Of a stretch of 64,000 nucleotides of DNA, positions 7,728-18,403 are shown one piece after another (the stretch's first letter is position 1; every line of letters starts with the position of its first letter). The position numbers were made by a program, and so were the translations under genes. The notes under the pieces are model-generated. The model saw only the letters and a program-made list of their open reading frames with translations. It was not told the DNA's origin and searched no databases. The stretch is from Acholeplasmataceae bacterium. Lineage in GTDB: Bacteria; Bacillota_I; Bacilli_A; Acholeplasmatales; Acholeplasmataceae. The DNA lies in contig OY775910.1 of NCBI GenBank assembly GCA_963675245.1, forward strand, positions 1,088,001 to 1,152,000. The letters run 5' to 3'.

Positions 7728-10700
7728 ATGAAAAGAAAATTGGTTAGTAAAAAATTAATCATAATTACATTATTACTCATCCTAGTGATTAGTAATTTTG
7801 GTCTTTCATTCGCATACTGGTCAGGACATATTGAAAGTAGTGAAGTCAATGCAAACCCTTCAATTCCAATTGGTTCTTGGAATTATGAAGATGTTGCATT
7901 AACTGTCGCAACCTTCCTCAGTGATCATTCAGACGTTTTAGCACTGACAACAGAGACAGTAACCGTGAATGATAAAGCAGCGGTTGAAGCAGCACTTGGC
8001 GCATATGGTTTATTAAGTGAAGAAGCGAAAGCAGCATTAACCAGTGAAGAAGCGTTACTGATTGAGTTATTCAATGAAATCACAGCGTATGAGCATAGTG
8101 TGTTCCTAGACTTTGAAGGATATGCCTATGATTCAGGGCTGACAGGCACCGTCGAAATTGATGGTAGAACATGGTATGGAAATGGTGTCTACATATCTAA
8201 TGATCCAAGTTATGATGTATGGATGGATACGCGTTCCTTAGCATTAAAAACAGGAGCTTATTTCCAATCACAAGACTACTTCATAAATGGTATTGAAAAG
8301 ATTAGCATATACAGTGGCGCATTACACTTTGATAATGGCACAAGTTTCGCCTATAAGATAGAATATGAACTACAGTCAAATCCAGGGGTTTGGCTAACGG
8401 TACAAGAAGGTGGTTCTGATAAGATTATCAGCGTTATTTCAGGCACCCCATTAGCACATGCAGAAGTAAACGTGAATATTACTGAGGCAGTAAATATTAG
8501 ATTCACACCAGTAATTGGAAATACATCTGATTATATTAACTTAGACAATATTCGTATTTATGAACACGTGGTGACAAGCGCACTGGAAGCAGCGACTTTC
8601 AGAACAGTTTATGCAGGACCACTAGCATTGACAACAAGCACCGTACAAATCAGTGATAAAGCAGCAATTGAAGCAGCATTATCAGCCTATGATTTATTGA
8701 GTATCGATGCTCAAACAGCGTTAATAGCTGAAAAAGCATTACTTGATAGTATCATGGCAGCAATTGAAACACAAGAAGCATATGAAAGTGCAACAGAAGC
8801 AGTCGTAATCGCAGAAGGAAGTCTCTTACAAACAGATGTTGATAGCGCACAAACATTAGTTACTAGCTTACCAAATGGTACAGCGAAGACAGCGCTTCAA
8901 GACCGCTTAAATGACGTGCAAGATATCATAAACGACATAGCAACCTTCATCGGTGATCACACCAGTGTATTATCGTTAAGTGTAGGAACTGTCACAACAG
9001 GTGATAAAGCAGCGGTTGAAGCAGCTTTAGCAGACTATGCATTACTGAGTGAAAGTGTAAAGGCAGAACTCACAAATGAGAAAGCCTTACTTGATAGTTT
9101 ATTAGCAGAAATTAATAATCAAATACCGACGGCGACGTTGGTCCAAGCATTCAGAACGACTTACGCAGATACTTTAGCCTTAACCATAGGTACGGTACAA
9201 ATGAGTGATCAAGCAGCGATTGAATTAGCGTTAGAGGCATATGACGTATTAACTGCTGAAGCGAAAGCTGAACTCACAGCTGAAAAAGCATTATTGGATA
9301 GTTTAATCGTAGAAGTGATGATACTCAAAGCAACAGAAGCAGTCGTGATCGCAGAAGGAAGTCTTTTACAAGCAGATGTTGATAGCGCACAAACATTAGT
9401 TATTAGCTTACCAAATGGTACAGCGAAGATAGCGCTTCAAGATCGACTTGATGATGTCCAAAATATGATTGATCATTTAATAACAATTGCTGAAGAGGTC
9501 GCAACCTTCCTCAGTGATCATTCAGACGTTTTAGCACTGACAACAGAGACAGTAACCGTGAATGATAAAGCAGCGGTTGAAGCAGCACTTGGCGCATATG
9601 GTTTATTAAGTGAAGAAGCGAAAGCAGCATTAACCAGTGAAGAAGCGTTACTGATTGAGTTATTCAATGAAATCACAGCGTATGAGCATAGTGTGTTCCT
9701 AGACTTTGAAGGATATGCCTATGATTCAGGGCTGACAGGCACCGTCGAAATTGATGGTAGAACATGGTATGGAAATGGTGTCTACATATCTAATGATCCA
9801 AGTTATGATGTATGGATGGATACGCGTTCCTTAGCATTAAAAACAGGAGCTTATTTCCAATCACAAGACTACTTCATAAATGGTATTGAAAAGATTAGCA
9901 TATACAGTGGCGCATTACACTTTGATAATGGCACAAGTTTCGCCTATAAGATAGAATATGAACTACAGTCAAATCCAGGGGTTTGGCTAACGGTACAAGA
10001 AGGTGGTTCTGATAAGATTATCAGCGTTATTTCAGGCACCCCATTAGCACATGCAGAAGTAAACGTGAATATTACTGAGGCAGTAAATATTAGATTCACA
10101 CCAGTAATTGGAAATACATCTGATTATATTAACTTAGACAATATTCGTATTTATGAACACGTGGTGACAAGCGCACTGGAAGCAGCGACTTTCAGAACAG
10201 TTTATGCAGGACCACTAGCATTGACAACAAGCACCGTACAAATCAGTGATAAAGCAGCAATTGAAGCAGCATTATCAGCCTATGATTTATTGAGTATCGA
10301 TGCTCAAACAGCGTTAATAGCTGAAAAAGCATTACTTGATAGTATCATGGCAGCAATTGAAACACAAGAAGCATATGAAAGTGCAACAGAAGCAGTCGTA
10401 ATCGCAGAAGGAAGTCTCTTACAAACAGATGTTGATAGCGCACAAACATTAGTTACTAGCTTACCAAATGGTACAGCGAAGACAGCGCTTCAAGACCGCT
10501 TAAATGACGTGCAAGATATCATAAACGACATAGCAACCTTCATCGGTGATCACACCAGTGTATTATCGTTAAGTGTAGGAACTGTCACAACAGGTGATAA
10601 AGCAGCGGTTGAAGCAGCTTTAGCAGACTATGCATTACTGAGTGAAAGTGTAAAGGCAGAACTCACAAATGAGAAAGCCTTACTTGATAGTTTATTAGCA

Positions 10701-11654
10701 GAAATTAATAATCAAATACCGACGGCGACGTTGGTCCAAGCATTCAGAACGACTTACGCAGATACTTTAGCCTTAACCATAGGTACGGTACAAATGAGTG
10801 ATCAAGCAGCGATTGAATTAGCGTTAGAGGCATATGACGTATTAACTGCTGAAGCGAAAGCTGAACTCACAGCTGAAAAAGCATTATTGGATAGTTTAAT
10901 CGTAGAAGTGATGATACTCAAAGCAACAGAAGCAGTCGTGATCGCAGAAGGAAGTCTTTTACAAGCAGATGTTGATAGCGCACAAACATTAGTTATTAGC
11001 TTACCAAATGGTACAGCGAAGATAGCGCTTCAAGATCGACTTGATGATGTCCAAAATATGATTAACGTGCTAGCTGCTGCTAATGTTGATGATTTGATCA
11101 CGGCTATACCTAGTGTGGGAGAAATCTCACTTAGCGATGAATCGCAAATTGTCGCAGCAAGAGTTGCATATGATATTTTAACGATAGCACAACAATCATT
11201 AGTCACAAATGAAGCAATATTATCATCAGCAGAAACGCAACTGACCTCATTACAAACTGCTACTGCTGCAGTTGTGAAAGCAGAAGAAAGTCTCTTACAA
11301 GTAGATGTCAATAGCGCACAAACATTAGTTACTAACCTACCAAATGGCACATCAAGAATAGCACTTCAAAATAGGTTAAATGCTGTTCAAGATGTGATTG
11401 ATGTTGAATCGGCAAGAACAATCATCATTAATTATTTTGCTGCAAACTCAGTTGTAGTATCAAGACTCAATAGCAATGCTATAAAAGAAAATGCAGTCTT
11501 GACAAAATCAAATGAAATCGTCAATGGGCTTGGTGTTAACATTACGATCACAAATTCTGTTTATAACAGTCGAACTAGTTCAACTTACACCATACAAGTT
11601 GTGAAGAATGGTGCAAACACATCGTTTGTTGTAGTTGTTACATTTACAAGATAA
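7728..11654 (+). CDS. Large exported surface protein with SipW-type signal-like N-terminus, Ala-rich helical repeats and duplicated beta-sandwich domain
   Basis: Signal peptide ending SFAYWS...IPIGSW; internal 531-aa period duplication. Confidence 0.8.
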   Translation: MKRKLVSKKLIIITLLLILVISNFGLSFAYWSGHIESSEVNANPSIPIGSWNYEDVALTVATFLSDHSDVLALTTETVTVNDKAAVEAALGAYGLLSEEAKAALTSEEALLIELFNEITAYEHSVFLDFEGYAYDSGLTGTVEIDGRTWYGNGVYISNDPSYDVWMDTRSLALKTGAYFQSQDYFINGIEKISIYSGALHFDNGTSFAYKIEYELQSNPGVWLTVQEGGSDKIISVISGTPLAHAEVNVNITEAVNIRFTPVIGNTSDYINLDNIRIYEHVVTSALEAATFRTVYAGPLALTTSTVQISDKAAIEAALSAYDLLSIDAQTALIAEKALLDSIMAAIETQEAYESATEAVVIAEGSLLQTDVDSAQTLVTSLPNGTAKTALQDRLNDVQDIINDIATFIGDHTSVLSLSVGTVTTGDKAAVEAALADYALLSESVKAELTNEKALLDSLLAEINNQIPTATLVQAFRTTYADTLALTIGTVQMSDQAAIELALEAYDVLTAEAKAELTAEKALLDSLIVEVMILKATEAVVIAEGSLLQADVDSAQTLVISLPNGTAKIALQDRLDDVQNMIDHLITIAEEVATFLSDHSDVLALTTETVTVNDKAAVEAALGAYGLLSEEAKAALTSEEALLIELFNEITAYEHSVFLDFEGYAYDSGLTGTVEIDGRTWYGNGVYISNDPSYDVWMDTRSLALKTGAYFQSQDYFINGIEKISIYSGALHFDNGTSFAYKIEYELQSNPGVWLTVQEGGSDKIISVISGTPLAHAEVNVNITEAVNIRFTPVIGNTSDYINLDNIRIYEHVVTSALEAATFRTVYAGPLALTTSTVQISDKAAIEAALSAYDLLSIDAQTALIAEKALLDSIMAAIETQEAYESATEAVVIAEGSLLQTDVDSAQTLVTSLPNGTAKTALQDRLNDVQDIINDIATFIGDHTSVLSLSVGTVTTGDKAAVEAALADYALLSESVKAELTNEKALLDSLLAEINNQIPTATLVQAFRTTYADTLALTIGTVQMSDQAAIELALEAYDVLTAEAKAELTAEKALLDSLIVEVMILKATEAVVIAEGSLLQADVDSAQTLVISLPNGTAKIALQDRLDDVQNMINVLAAANVDDLITAIPSVGEISLSDESQIVAARVAYDILTIAQQSLVTNEAILSSAETQLTSLQTATAAVVKAEESLLQVDVNSAQTLVTNLPNGTSRIALQNRLNAVQDVIDVESARTIIINYFAANSVVVSRLNSNAIKENAVLTKSNEIVNGLGVNITITNSVYNSRTSSTYTIQVVKNGANTSFVVVVTFTR
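7905..11063 (+). repeat. Near-exact 1566-bp intragenic tandem duplication (7905-9470 and 9498-11063)
   Basis: Identical at every position compared by eye; period 1593 bp; 27-bp unique spacer. Confidence 0.95.
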
Positions 11655-11691
11655 TTGTTATTAGCTTTGTTTGTTATTTAATATAACATTA

Positions 11692-11726
11692 AAAAAGTAG
11701 ACATTTATTCGGAGGTCTACTTTTTT
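11692..11726 (+). terminator. Intrinsic terminator
   Basis: AAAAAGTAGAC...GTCTACTTTTTT. Confidence 0.75.
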
Positions 11727-11822
11727 ATATAAATAATGAAATTTAAAAGTATTTAGACATGTTATACTTATTGTATAAACTATGTGAACATGTAGATATA
11801 GTCATCATTTTTGGAGAAAGAC

Positions 11823-12464
11823 ATGAAAAAATCAAAAACAATAATCAATATATTCGTTTATGCATTAGGTATATTTATGACAGGATTAGCGATAAATTTA
11901 TTAATTCGTAGTTCATTTGGTGCAGGGGCTTGGGATGCGGTTGCTGAAAATTTCAGCCAATTGGTTCATATAGAACTTGCATATGCATCAGCATTTTTTA
12001 GTCTTATCATTTTAACGTTTGTTATCATCTATAATAAGAATATTAAATTCTTAATTACTTTAATCCCCATCGTAGGTATTTTCTTATCGATTTATTTTTG
12101 GGATATTATTGTTTTAAACACTTATTTTCCACCTAACTTTTTACTTAAGTCTTTGTTCTTTGTTGTAGGTTTAGTCAGTTTGACGTTTGGATTAGCTGCC
12201 ATTGTCTCATCTACTTATCCTGCCATGGTGTATGATGAACTCACCATCGCGATGATGAAGATCTTAAAGATTAATAGTTTTTTTAAAACAAGAATTATCA
12301 TCGAAATGACAGCGGTCATCATTGGTACGATCATTGGATTTATTGCGGGTATTGGATTTGGTGTGGTTGGTTTAGGCACATTGTTGATGGCATTTGTCAT
12401 TGGACCGATGATCTCATTCCATATGATGTGGTTATCAAAAGTCCTAAAACAAAAGCGTGTTTAA
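11823..12464 (+). CDS. YczE/YyaS/YitT-family membrane protein
   Basis: Multi-TM; FGAGAWD and VGLGTLLMAFVIGPMI motifs. Confidence 0.75.
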   Translation: MKKSKTIINIFVYALGIFMTGLAINLLIRSSFGAGAWDAVAENFSQLVHIELAYASAFFSLIILTFVIIYNKNIKFLITLIPIVGIFLSIYFWDIIVLNTYFPPNFLLKSLFFVVGLVSLTFGLAAIVSSTYPAMVYDELTIAMMKILKINSFFKTRIIIEMTAVIIGTIIGFIAGIGFGVVGLGTLLMAFVIGPMISFHMMWLSKVLKQKRV

Positions 12465-12577
12465 TCATTTATATAAGGCCGATAAGGTCTTTTTTTATAT
12501 AAAAATGAGAATGATTTATATGTATATAAATGATACAATAGATATATAATTAGCAACAAGTCATAAAGGGGAAATGT

Positions 12578-13561
12578 ATGAAAGTTTTAGTGACAGGTGC
12601 GAATGGCTTTTTAGGCAGTCATATTATTAAAGTATTGAACAACAAAGGTTATGACGTTAAAGCATTCATTTTAACAGGGACAAGTGAACTAAGTTTAAAA
12701 GGACTTAAATGTGATGTGTTTGAAGGGAATCTTTTGAATTCCTTAGATATTGAACATGCATTAGATGGTTGTGATGCTGTGATCCATACAGCTGCTATTA
12801 CAGATGTATGGCCAAGTAGAAGTAAACTTTCATGGACACTAAATTTTGAACTTGTTAAAATTTTGGTGGATGCAGTAAAGAAAAAAGGCATTAAAAAATA
12901 TGTCCATGTAGGTACTGCTAATTCATTTGGTTTTGGTACGATTGAAAACCCTGGTACTGAAGAAAGTCCTTTTAATGGTGATATGTATGGCCTTGACTAT
13001 ATGGATTCAAAGAAAGCCGCTCAAGACCTTTTATTAGAAGAAGCGAAAAATGGCTTACCAGTAACGATTATTAATCCAACGTTTATGATTGGTGATAATG
13101 ATACGAAACCAGGATCTGGAGAAATGATTTTAAAAGTTATTGAAGAGAAAGTTCCGGGTTATGCGAAGGGTGGTAGATGCTTCGCCGCTGTTAAGGATGT
13201 TGCGGTTGCTGCAGTTAACGCGATTGAAAAGGGTAAGATTGGTGAATGCTATATTACTGGTGGCACCAATATGTGCTATAAAGATTTCTTTGAATTAGTC
13301 GCGCATATCGCCCATGTTAAACCGCCTAAGAAAATGATACCAACATGGCTTGCTGTGATGTTTGGTGGATTATTAGAATTTATTGCAAAGCTTAGAAGAA
13401 AGAAACCCATGTTAACAAGAACAATGGCTAAGATATCAGGAGATGGACATTATTATTCATCCAAGAAAGCGATAAAAGCACTTAATATGCCACAAACCAA
13501 ATTAGAAGACGCTGTCACAGAAGCGATTACGTGGTTTATGGTCAATGGGTATATCAAATAG
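12578..13561 (+). CDS. NAD-dependent epimerase/dehydratase (HpnA/dihydroflavonol reductase-like extended SDR)
   Basis: VTGANGFLG, YMDSK. Confidence 0.85.
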   Translation: MKVLVTGANGFLGSHIIKVLNNKGYDVKAFILTGTSELSLKGLKCDVFEGNLLNSLDIEHALDGCDAVIHTAAITDVWPSRSKLSWTLNFELVKILVDAVKKKGIKKYVHVGTANSFGFGTIENPGTEESPFNGDMYGLDYMDSKKAAQDLLLEEAKNGLPVTIINPTFMIGDNDTKPGSGEMILKVIEEKVPGYAKGGRCFAAVKDVAVAAVNAIEKGKIGECYITGGTNMCYKDFFELVAHIAHVKPPKKMIPTWLAVMFGGLLEFIAKLRRKKPMLTRTMAKISGDGHYYSSKKAIKALNMPQTKLEDAVTEAITWFMVNGYIK

Positions 13562-13569
13562 GAGGGACT

Positions 13570-14373
13570 ATGAAAAACCTTAAAGATAAAGTAGTGGTTA
13601 TTACAGGTGGATCAAAAGGGATTGGTCGTGAAACGGCGAAGTTATATGCTCAAGAAGGCGCGAAGGTCATCATTACAGGTAGACGTTTAGAGCCACTTCA
13701 AACCACCTCAAGATTAATCAATCAAACAGGAACATGTGATTATGTCCAAGGGGATGTGACAAGTATTGATGATTGTATGCATGTCGTTAATACAGTGGTT
13801 GATAAATATGGTCAAATTGATGTGTTAATTAATAATGCCGGCATGAGTATGCGTGGTTTATTTGAAAACACTACACTTGAACTATTTCATAAGATTATGG
13901 CTATTAATTTTAACGGGGCTGTCAATATGACAAAACTTGCCTTACCTCATTTAATAAAGAGTAAGGGTAATATCGTCTTTATTTCCAGTTTATCAGGTTT
14001 AAAAGGGATTCCTGGCATTGCCCCTTATGGCACAGCAAAAATGGCTTTAACGGGCTTTAGTGAGTCTTTGAGCGCTGAATTACATCATCATGGTGTTCGT
14101 GTTGGGATTGTATATGTTGGATTTACTGAAAATGACCCAGATAAGACGATATATTCAGCAACAGGTGAAAGCATGCCTATTCATAGACCGGTTAATAACG
14201 ATACCCAATTAGGGGTTGCCAAAAGCATATTAAAAGCAGTTAAAAAAAATAAAGCTGTGATGTATTTAACGGCTGCAGGTAAATTTGCACAATGCTTTTA
14301 TCGATTTTTTCCAAGGTTATCTGGTTATATATTAAGAAAATTCGCGATGAAAAGTGAGATGATGAAATCATGA
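13570..14373 (+). CDS. Classical SDR oxidoreductase
   Basis: TGGSKGIG, NNAG, YGTAK. Confidence 0.9.
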   Translation: MKNLKDKVVVITGGSKGIGRETAKLYAQEGAKVIITGRRLEPLQTTSRLINQTGTCDYVQGDVTSIDDCMHVVNTVVDKYGQIDVLINNAGMSMRGLFENTTLELFHKIMAINFNGAVNMTKLALPHLIKSKGNIVFISSLSGLKGIPGIAPYGTAKMALTGFSESLSAELHHHGVRVGIVYVGFTENDPDKTIYSATGESMPIHRPVNNDTQLGVAKSILKAVKKNKAVMYLTAAGKFAQCFYRFFPRLSGYILRKFAMKSEMMKS

Positions 14374-15095
14374 TATTATCACTGGATTTAGCACCGCTAT
14401 TAAATGATGAAATGATCGCGTTAATCGCGTATGTCTTTTTATATTTAACCTATTATTTTGGTAGTGATTTTCCATTTGTTAAGAAGTTTAGATTAAGATT
14501 TAATGAAACTGATGATCATATTGAACAATCTGTTTATTTTAGAAGAACTTTAGGATTTGTATTATTAGGCTTAGTGCCATTATTAATCGCGATTTTCGCA
14601 TTTGATAGACCTATCTTAGATTATGGTGTTGGTCTACCTTCAGGCGAGTTTGCTTGGTTATGGTTTTTAGCACCAGTCCTAGCCGTGATTGTCATTAGTA
14701 TCTTTAGACCAAGCAAAGGGATAGATACCACTTATTATCCAGAGGTCAGAAAAACTGATTGGACGAAAAAAAGAACATACTTAAATGCATTCTTCTGGAG
14801 TCTTTATTTATTAGGTTATGAATTCGCGATTCGTGGCTTTTTATTCTTCTCAACACTATACGCATTTGGATTGTGGCCAGCGATTATGATCAATAGTGTG
14901 ATGTATAGTTTTATCCATATATTTAAAGGTAGAGGAGAAGCGTATGGTGCATTCTTCCTTGGTGTACTCTTTTGTTTAATTACATATTATACGCATTCAA
15001 TTTGGATCGCATTTATTATTCATGTCATCTTAGCAGTGGCTAATGACATTAAGGCAGTAAAAGCGTCAGATGAGATGCACTATCAATTTAAATAA
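14370..15095 (+). CDS. CPBP (CAAX/Abi) intramembrane protease-family protein
   Basis: YEFAIRG, SFIH, HVILAVAND motifs; multi-TM. Confidence 0.8.
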   Translation: MILSLDLAPLLNDEMIALIAYVFLYLTYYFGSDFPFVKKFRLRFNETDDHIEQSVYFRRTLGFVLLGLVPLLIAIFAFDRPILDYGVGLPSGEFAWLWFLAPVLAVIVISIFRPSKGIDTTYYPEVRKTDWTKKRTYLNAFFWSLYLLGYEFAIRGFLFFSTLYAFGLWPAIMINSVMYSFIHIFKGRGEAYGAFFLGVLFCLITYYTHSIWIAFIIHVILAVANDIKAVKASDEMHYQFK

Positions 15096-15233
15096 GATTG
15101 AGTTATTGACATATTTACGATAATATATAAAATAGCAATTTAAATTTACAATCATGTAACTTATATGGATATGATTGATGATTCATCTGAAGCATGATAC
15201 TTTATAACTGTAAAAGGTAACTTGGGAGGATAT

Positions 15234-16337
15234 ATGAAAAAGTTAATAATGATCATACTCATTTTAATATCTTTCTTATGCGTAGGATGCCAACAAAAAG
15301 TAGCGTATCATGTCGAGATGCTTTATTCAGGGTCTATTGGAAGTTCACCATCACTTGTAGAAGTAGTTCAGATAATTGAAACATTTGAGGATTATGAAAC
15401 ATCTGGTTATGCACTTGATTTAGAAGCTTCGTTTTTCGATGAACAAATGCTCTATACTTATCAGTTTATAGCTGGTAGCACAGGGCAAAATCTATATAAA
15501 ATGGATCACTTTGTCTTTGAACATGATCGTTTAACGATATTTTATGAAATCAATCAAGTTCTTACAATTGATGTACTTAGTGCTTACGCGATGGTTTTTT
15601 CAGTTGATAAAGCGTTGTATGAAAAAACCAATCAAGTGACGGTTAAAAATGTATATGATTTTGATGACGTGAATCTCATTTATTCAGGTGATACTAGCAG
15701 TTATGGTGTCGTTACAAGTGCAGTTGAAATGATTGATTCGTATCGATCATATCAAACATCAAATTATGAATTAGGTCTTGAAGCGTCATTCTTTGAGAAT
15801 TATATATTATATACGTATGGTTTTTTAAATATGAATATTGGTCAAGATATATTTCTATATCATGATTATGACATATTTTCTAATATGCTCATTTTAAATT
15901 GTTATGAAAATGAAGATATTATCGTATCACCAGCATTTGGTGGCTATGTATTGGTATTTGCGATATCTAAAGATATTTATGAGCAAGTAAATAATATAAA
16001 AATAGATTTATTTAATCAACATACGGTTGATACATCAGAATATGATAACTTGTTACCATTAGTCAATCGCATATTCTATTTTGATTTTGAAGAATCATAT
16101 CGATTAAACATGTTTTTTGATAGTTATGACAGAGATCAATTGGAGGGCAATATTTCTAGTCATCTATACGATTTAAATACTGAATTAGAAGTCGATGTTG
16201 ATGAGCTTGACGGTTCATTTGGATTCTTTGTTGTCTTAGATCCTGGACAATATGTCTTAATGATTGATGTGGATGATCCGTTTTATGAGACTAGATATTT
16301 TGTTGATTATATTCTTACTTTGTTGCCAAATAATTAA
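15234..16337 (+). CDS. Hypothetical lipoprotein with two internal repeats
   Basis: Lipobox-like CVGC; duplicated LYSG...Y.L.LEASFF...LYTY.F segments. Confidence 0.7.
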   Translation: MKKLIMIILILISFLCVGCQQKVAYHVEMLYSGSIGSSPSLVEVVQIIETFEDYETSGYALDLEASFFDEQMLYTYQFIAGSTGQNLYKMDHFVFEHDRLTIFYEINQVLTIDVLSAYAMVFSVDKALYEKTNQVTVKNVYDFDDVNLIYSGDTSSYGVVTSAVEMIDSYRSYQTSNYELGLEASFFENYILYTYGFLNMNIGQDIFLYHDYDIFSNMLILNCYENEDIIVSPAFGGYVLVFAISKDIYEQVNNIKIDLFNQHTVDTSEYDNLLPLVNRIFYFDFEESYRLNMFFDSYDRDQLEGNISSHLYDLNTELEVDVDELDGSFGFFVVLDPGQYVLMIDVDDPFYETRYFVDYILTLLPNN

Positions 16338-16360
16338 TGATTAAAATGGAAGGTGATTTA

Positions 16361-17122
16361 ATGAAGACTGTTAAAAACATAAATACATATCAACATTATT
16401 TTAAAGACTACCCAGTGTTTGATCTTTTTGTCAAGCATAGTTTTACACATGGCAATCCCAAGTTATTTGTCGATCAAGAAGAAGACCCACAAACGATTGT
16501 ATTATATGAGAAGCCTGCTTACATGTTATTTGGGAAACCAACGAAGGATATCGAGGTGATCATTGAACCAAGTAGTTGGTTTATTTCACCTAATCAGTCT
16601 TGGGATGCATTATTAGAAGAATTGTATAAAGAGCATATCGATGGCTATCCACGTGTGTTACTTGATGAACAAACGATTGATGTCAACCAATTAAAAGCAT
16701 ATCAAAAAACATTGCCACCTGAATTGAAGATTGTACCTATTGAAGAAAAACATTTAAGAGAAGGTATGATTAAAGAAGATGTGCTTGATCGGTTTTTTCA
16801 AGGCAATGATTTCATGAAAACAGGATTTGGATTCGCGTTGGTGAATGAGAAAGAAGTGATTCATGGGTTCGCATTAACAAACTACCCCATACTGAGTAAA
16901 GACATAGAAGTTTATTATCGTGTGGGTTATGACAATTTTCAAACATATCGTCATCAAGGTATTGGAACCACATTGGCCGCTATGTTTGTAGAAGAAGCGA
17001 CGAAAAGAGGCTATCATCCGATTTGGGATGCCGCCACACCATTATCATTACATATTGCTAAAAAGCTAGGATATACTGAAAAGTATCATTGGAAGATGTA
17101 TCACTTAAAGAGTAATATATAG
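16361..17122 (+). CDS. GNAT-family acetyltransferase
   Basis: YRHQGIGT acetyl-CoA motif, AKKLGY. Confidence 0.8.
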   Translation: MKTVKNINTYQHYFKDYPVFDLFVKHSFTHGNPKLFVDQEEDPQTIVLYEKPAYMLFGKPTKDIEVIIEPSSWFISPNQSWDALLEELYKEHIDGYPRVLLDEQTIDVNQLKAYQKTLPPELKIVPIEEKHLREGMIKEDVLDRFFQGNDFMKTGFGFALVNEKEVIHGFALTNYPILSKDIEVYYRVGYDNFQTYRHQGIGTTLAAMFVEEATKRGYHPIWDAATPLSLHIAKKLGYTEKYHWKMYHLKSNI

Positions 17123-17179
17123 ATTTGATTGTTTAATACAGATATATTGATATTATATTATTGAATAAAAAGTTTAGTT

Positions 17180-17207
17180 GAAAAACCGAATTGATTCGGT
17201 TTTTTTT
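17180..17207 (+). terminator. Intrinsic terminator
   Basis: AAAAACCGAAT-tg-ATTCGGTTTTTTTT. Confidence 0.75.
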
Positions 17208-17223
17208 CTATTTCGAAAATAAT

Positions 17224-17274
17224 CCGTAAAAAAATTACGGTTCAGTTGACAAAAAATTACGGAAGATGTAAAAT
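17224..17274 (+). promoter_or_regulatory. Promoter with overlapping operator-like repeats
   Basis: TTGACA(17246)-N17-TAAAAT; CCGTAA-N5-TTACGG palindrome and 2x AAAAAATTACGG. Confidence 0.6.
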
Positions 17275-17299
17275 ACATATGAATGAGAGGTAATCTAAT

Positions 17300-18403
17300 A
17301 TGTTAAAATATTTTAGTGTTAGAAATTACAAGGGATTTAAGGATGAAATTAAATTCGATTTTTCAGACTATAAAGACTATCAGTTTAATACTTATGCGAT
17401 TAGAAACAAATTAATTAATAAAGCAGTCATATACGGAAAGAATGGTAGTGGTAAATCAAATTTTGGTTTAGCTATTTTTGATATTACACTTCATTTAGTT
17501 GACAGACAACAACATGCAGAGCAACTCACAAATTATTTAAATGCTGATAGCATAGAATCGAATGCAGTTTTTAAGTATGAATTTATTTTTAATGAGAAGA
17601 GTGTTGTTTATGAATATACAAAAGATGAATATGCTCAATTAACCAGCGAATCTTTTTCGATTAACAATGAAAAAATATTCGCTTATAATTTTTCAAGTAA
17701 GAAAGGTGATTTTTCTGGGTTAAAGATATTAAATTTAGGAAACTCTATAGTCAACACAACACAGATGAATATTTCAGTATTAAGATTTTTAGCAAAAAAC
17801 ACTAATATAGAAGCAACTTCGGAAATCTCTTTACTAATGGATTTTGTCGATCATATGTTATGGTTCAGATCAGCAGATGGTAACCAATTTATTGGTTTTA
17901 AAAATGGAGGAGATGATCTTTTAGCAACAATTATTAAAGATGGTCAAGTTGAAAAATTTGAAAAATATCTTAATGAAGCGGATATTAATTTAAAATTAAA
18001 ACAAATAGCAGATCCTTTAGGAAAATCCTCTATTTATGCGGAATTCTCAAATCGTCCATTATTGTTTTGGCAAATTGCTTCAAATGGTACAAAAACTTTA
18101 ACGCTATATTATTATTGGTTACAAAAGTTTAAAAAAGCTTCGTTTATATTCATTGACGAATTTGATGCGTTTTTTCACACTATATTAGCAGAAACATTGT
18201 TAATTGATATGAGAGATAAGATTAAAACACAGTTGATTATAACGACACACAATACAGATTTGATGTCTAATGCCATATTGAGACCTGATTGCTATTTTAT
18301 ATTGACTTCAGGGAAGTTATTATCTCTTCCTCATTGTACAGAAAGAGAATTACGAGAAGGTCATAATCTAGAAAAGATGTTTAAAAATGGCGAATTTAAC
18401 TGA
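17300..18403 (+). CDS. AAA_21/AAA_15 ABC-type ATPase (RloA/AriA-like)
   Basis: N-terminal VRNYKGF, Walker A GKNGSGKS, signature SNGT, Walker B FIDEFD, ITTH. Confidence 0.85.
   Translation: MLKYFSVRNYKGFKDEIKFDFSDYKDYQFNTYAIRNKLINKAVIYGKNGSGKSNFGLAIFDITLHLVDRQQHAEQLTNYLNADSIESNAVFKYEFIFNEKSVVYEYTKDEYAQLTSESFSINNEKIFAYNFSSKKGDFSGLKILNLGNSIVNTTQMNISVLRFLAKNTNIEATSEISLLMDFVDHMLWFRSADGNQFIGFKNGGDDLLATIIKDGQVEKFEKYLNEADINLKLKQIADPLGKSSIYAEFSNRPLLFWQIASNGTKTLTLYYYWLQKFKKASFIFIDEFDAFFHTILAETLLIDMRDKIKTQLIITTHNTDLMSNAILRPDCYFILTSGKLLSLPHCTERELREGHNLEKMFKNGEFN

Noticed and set aside
14370..15095. Abortive-infection role for the CPBP ('Abi') protein
   Set aside because: The family name is historical; context is metabolic
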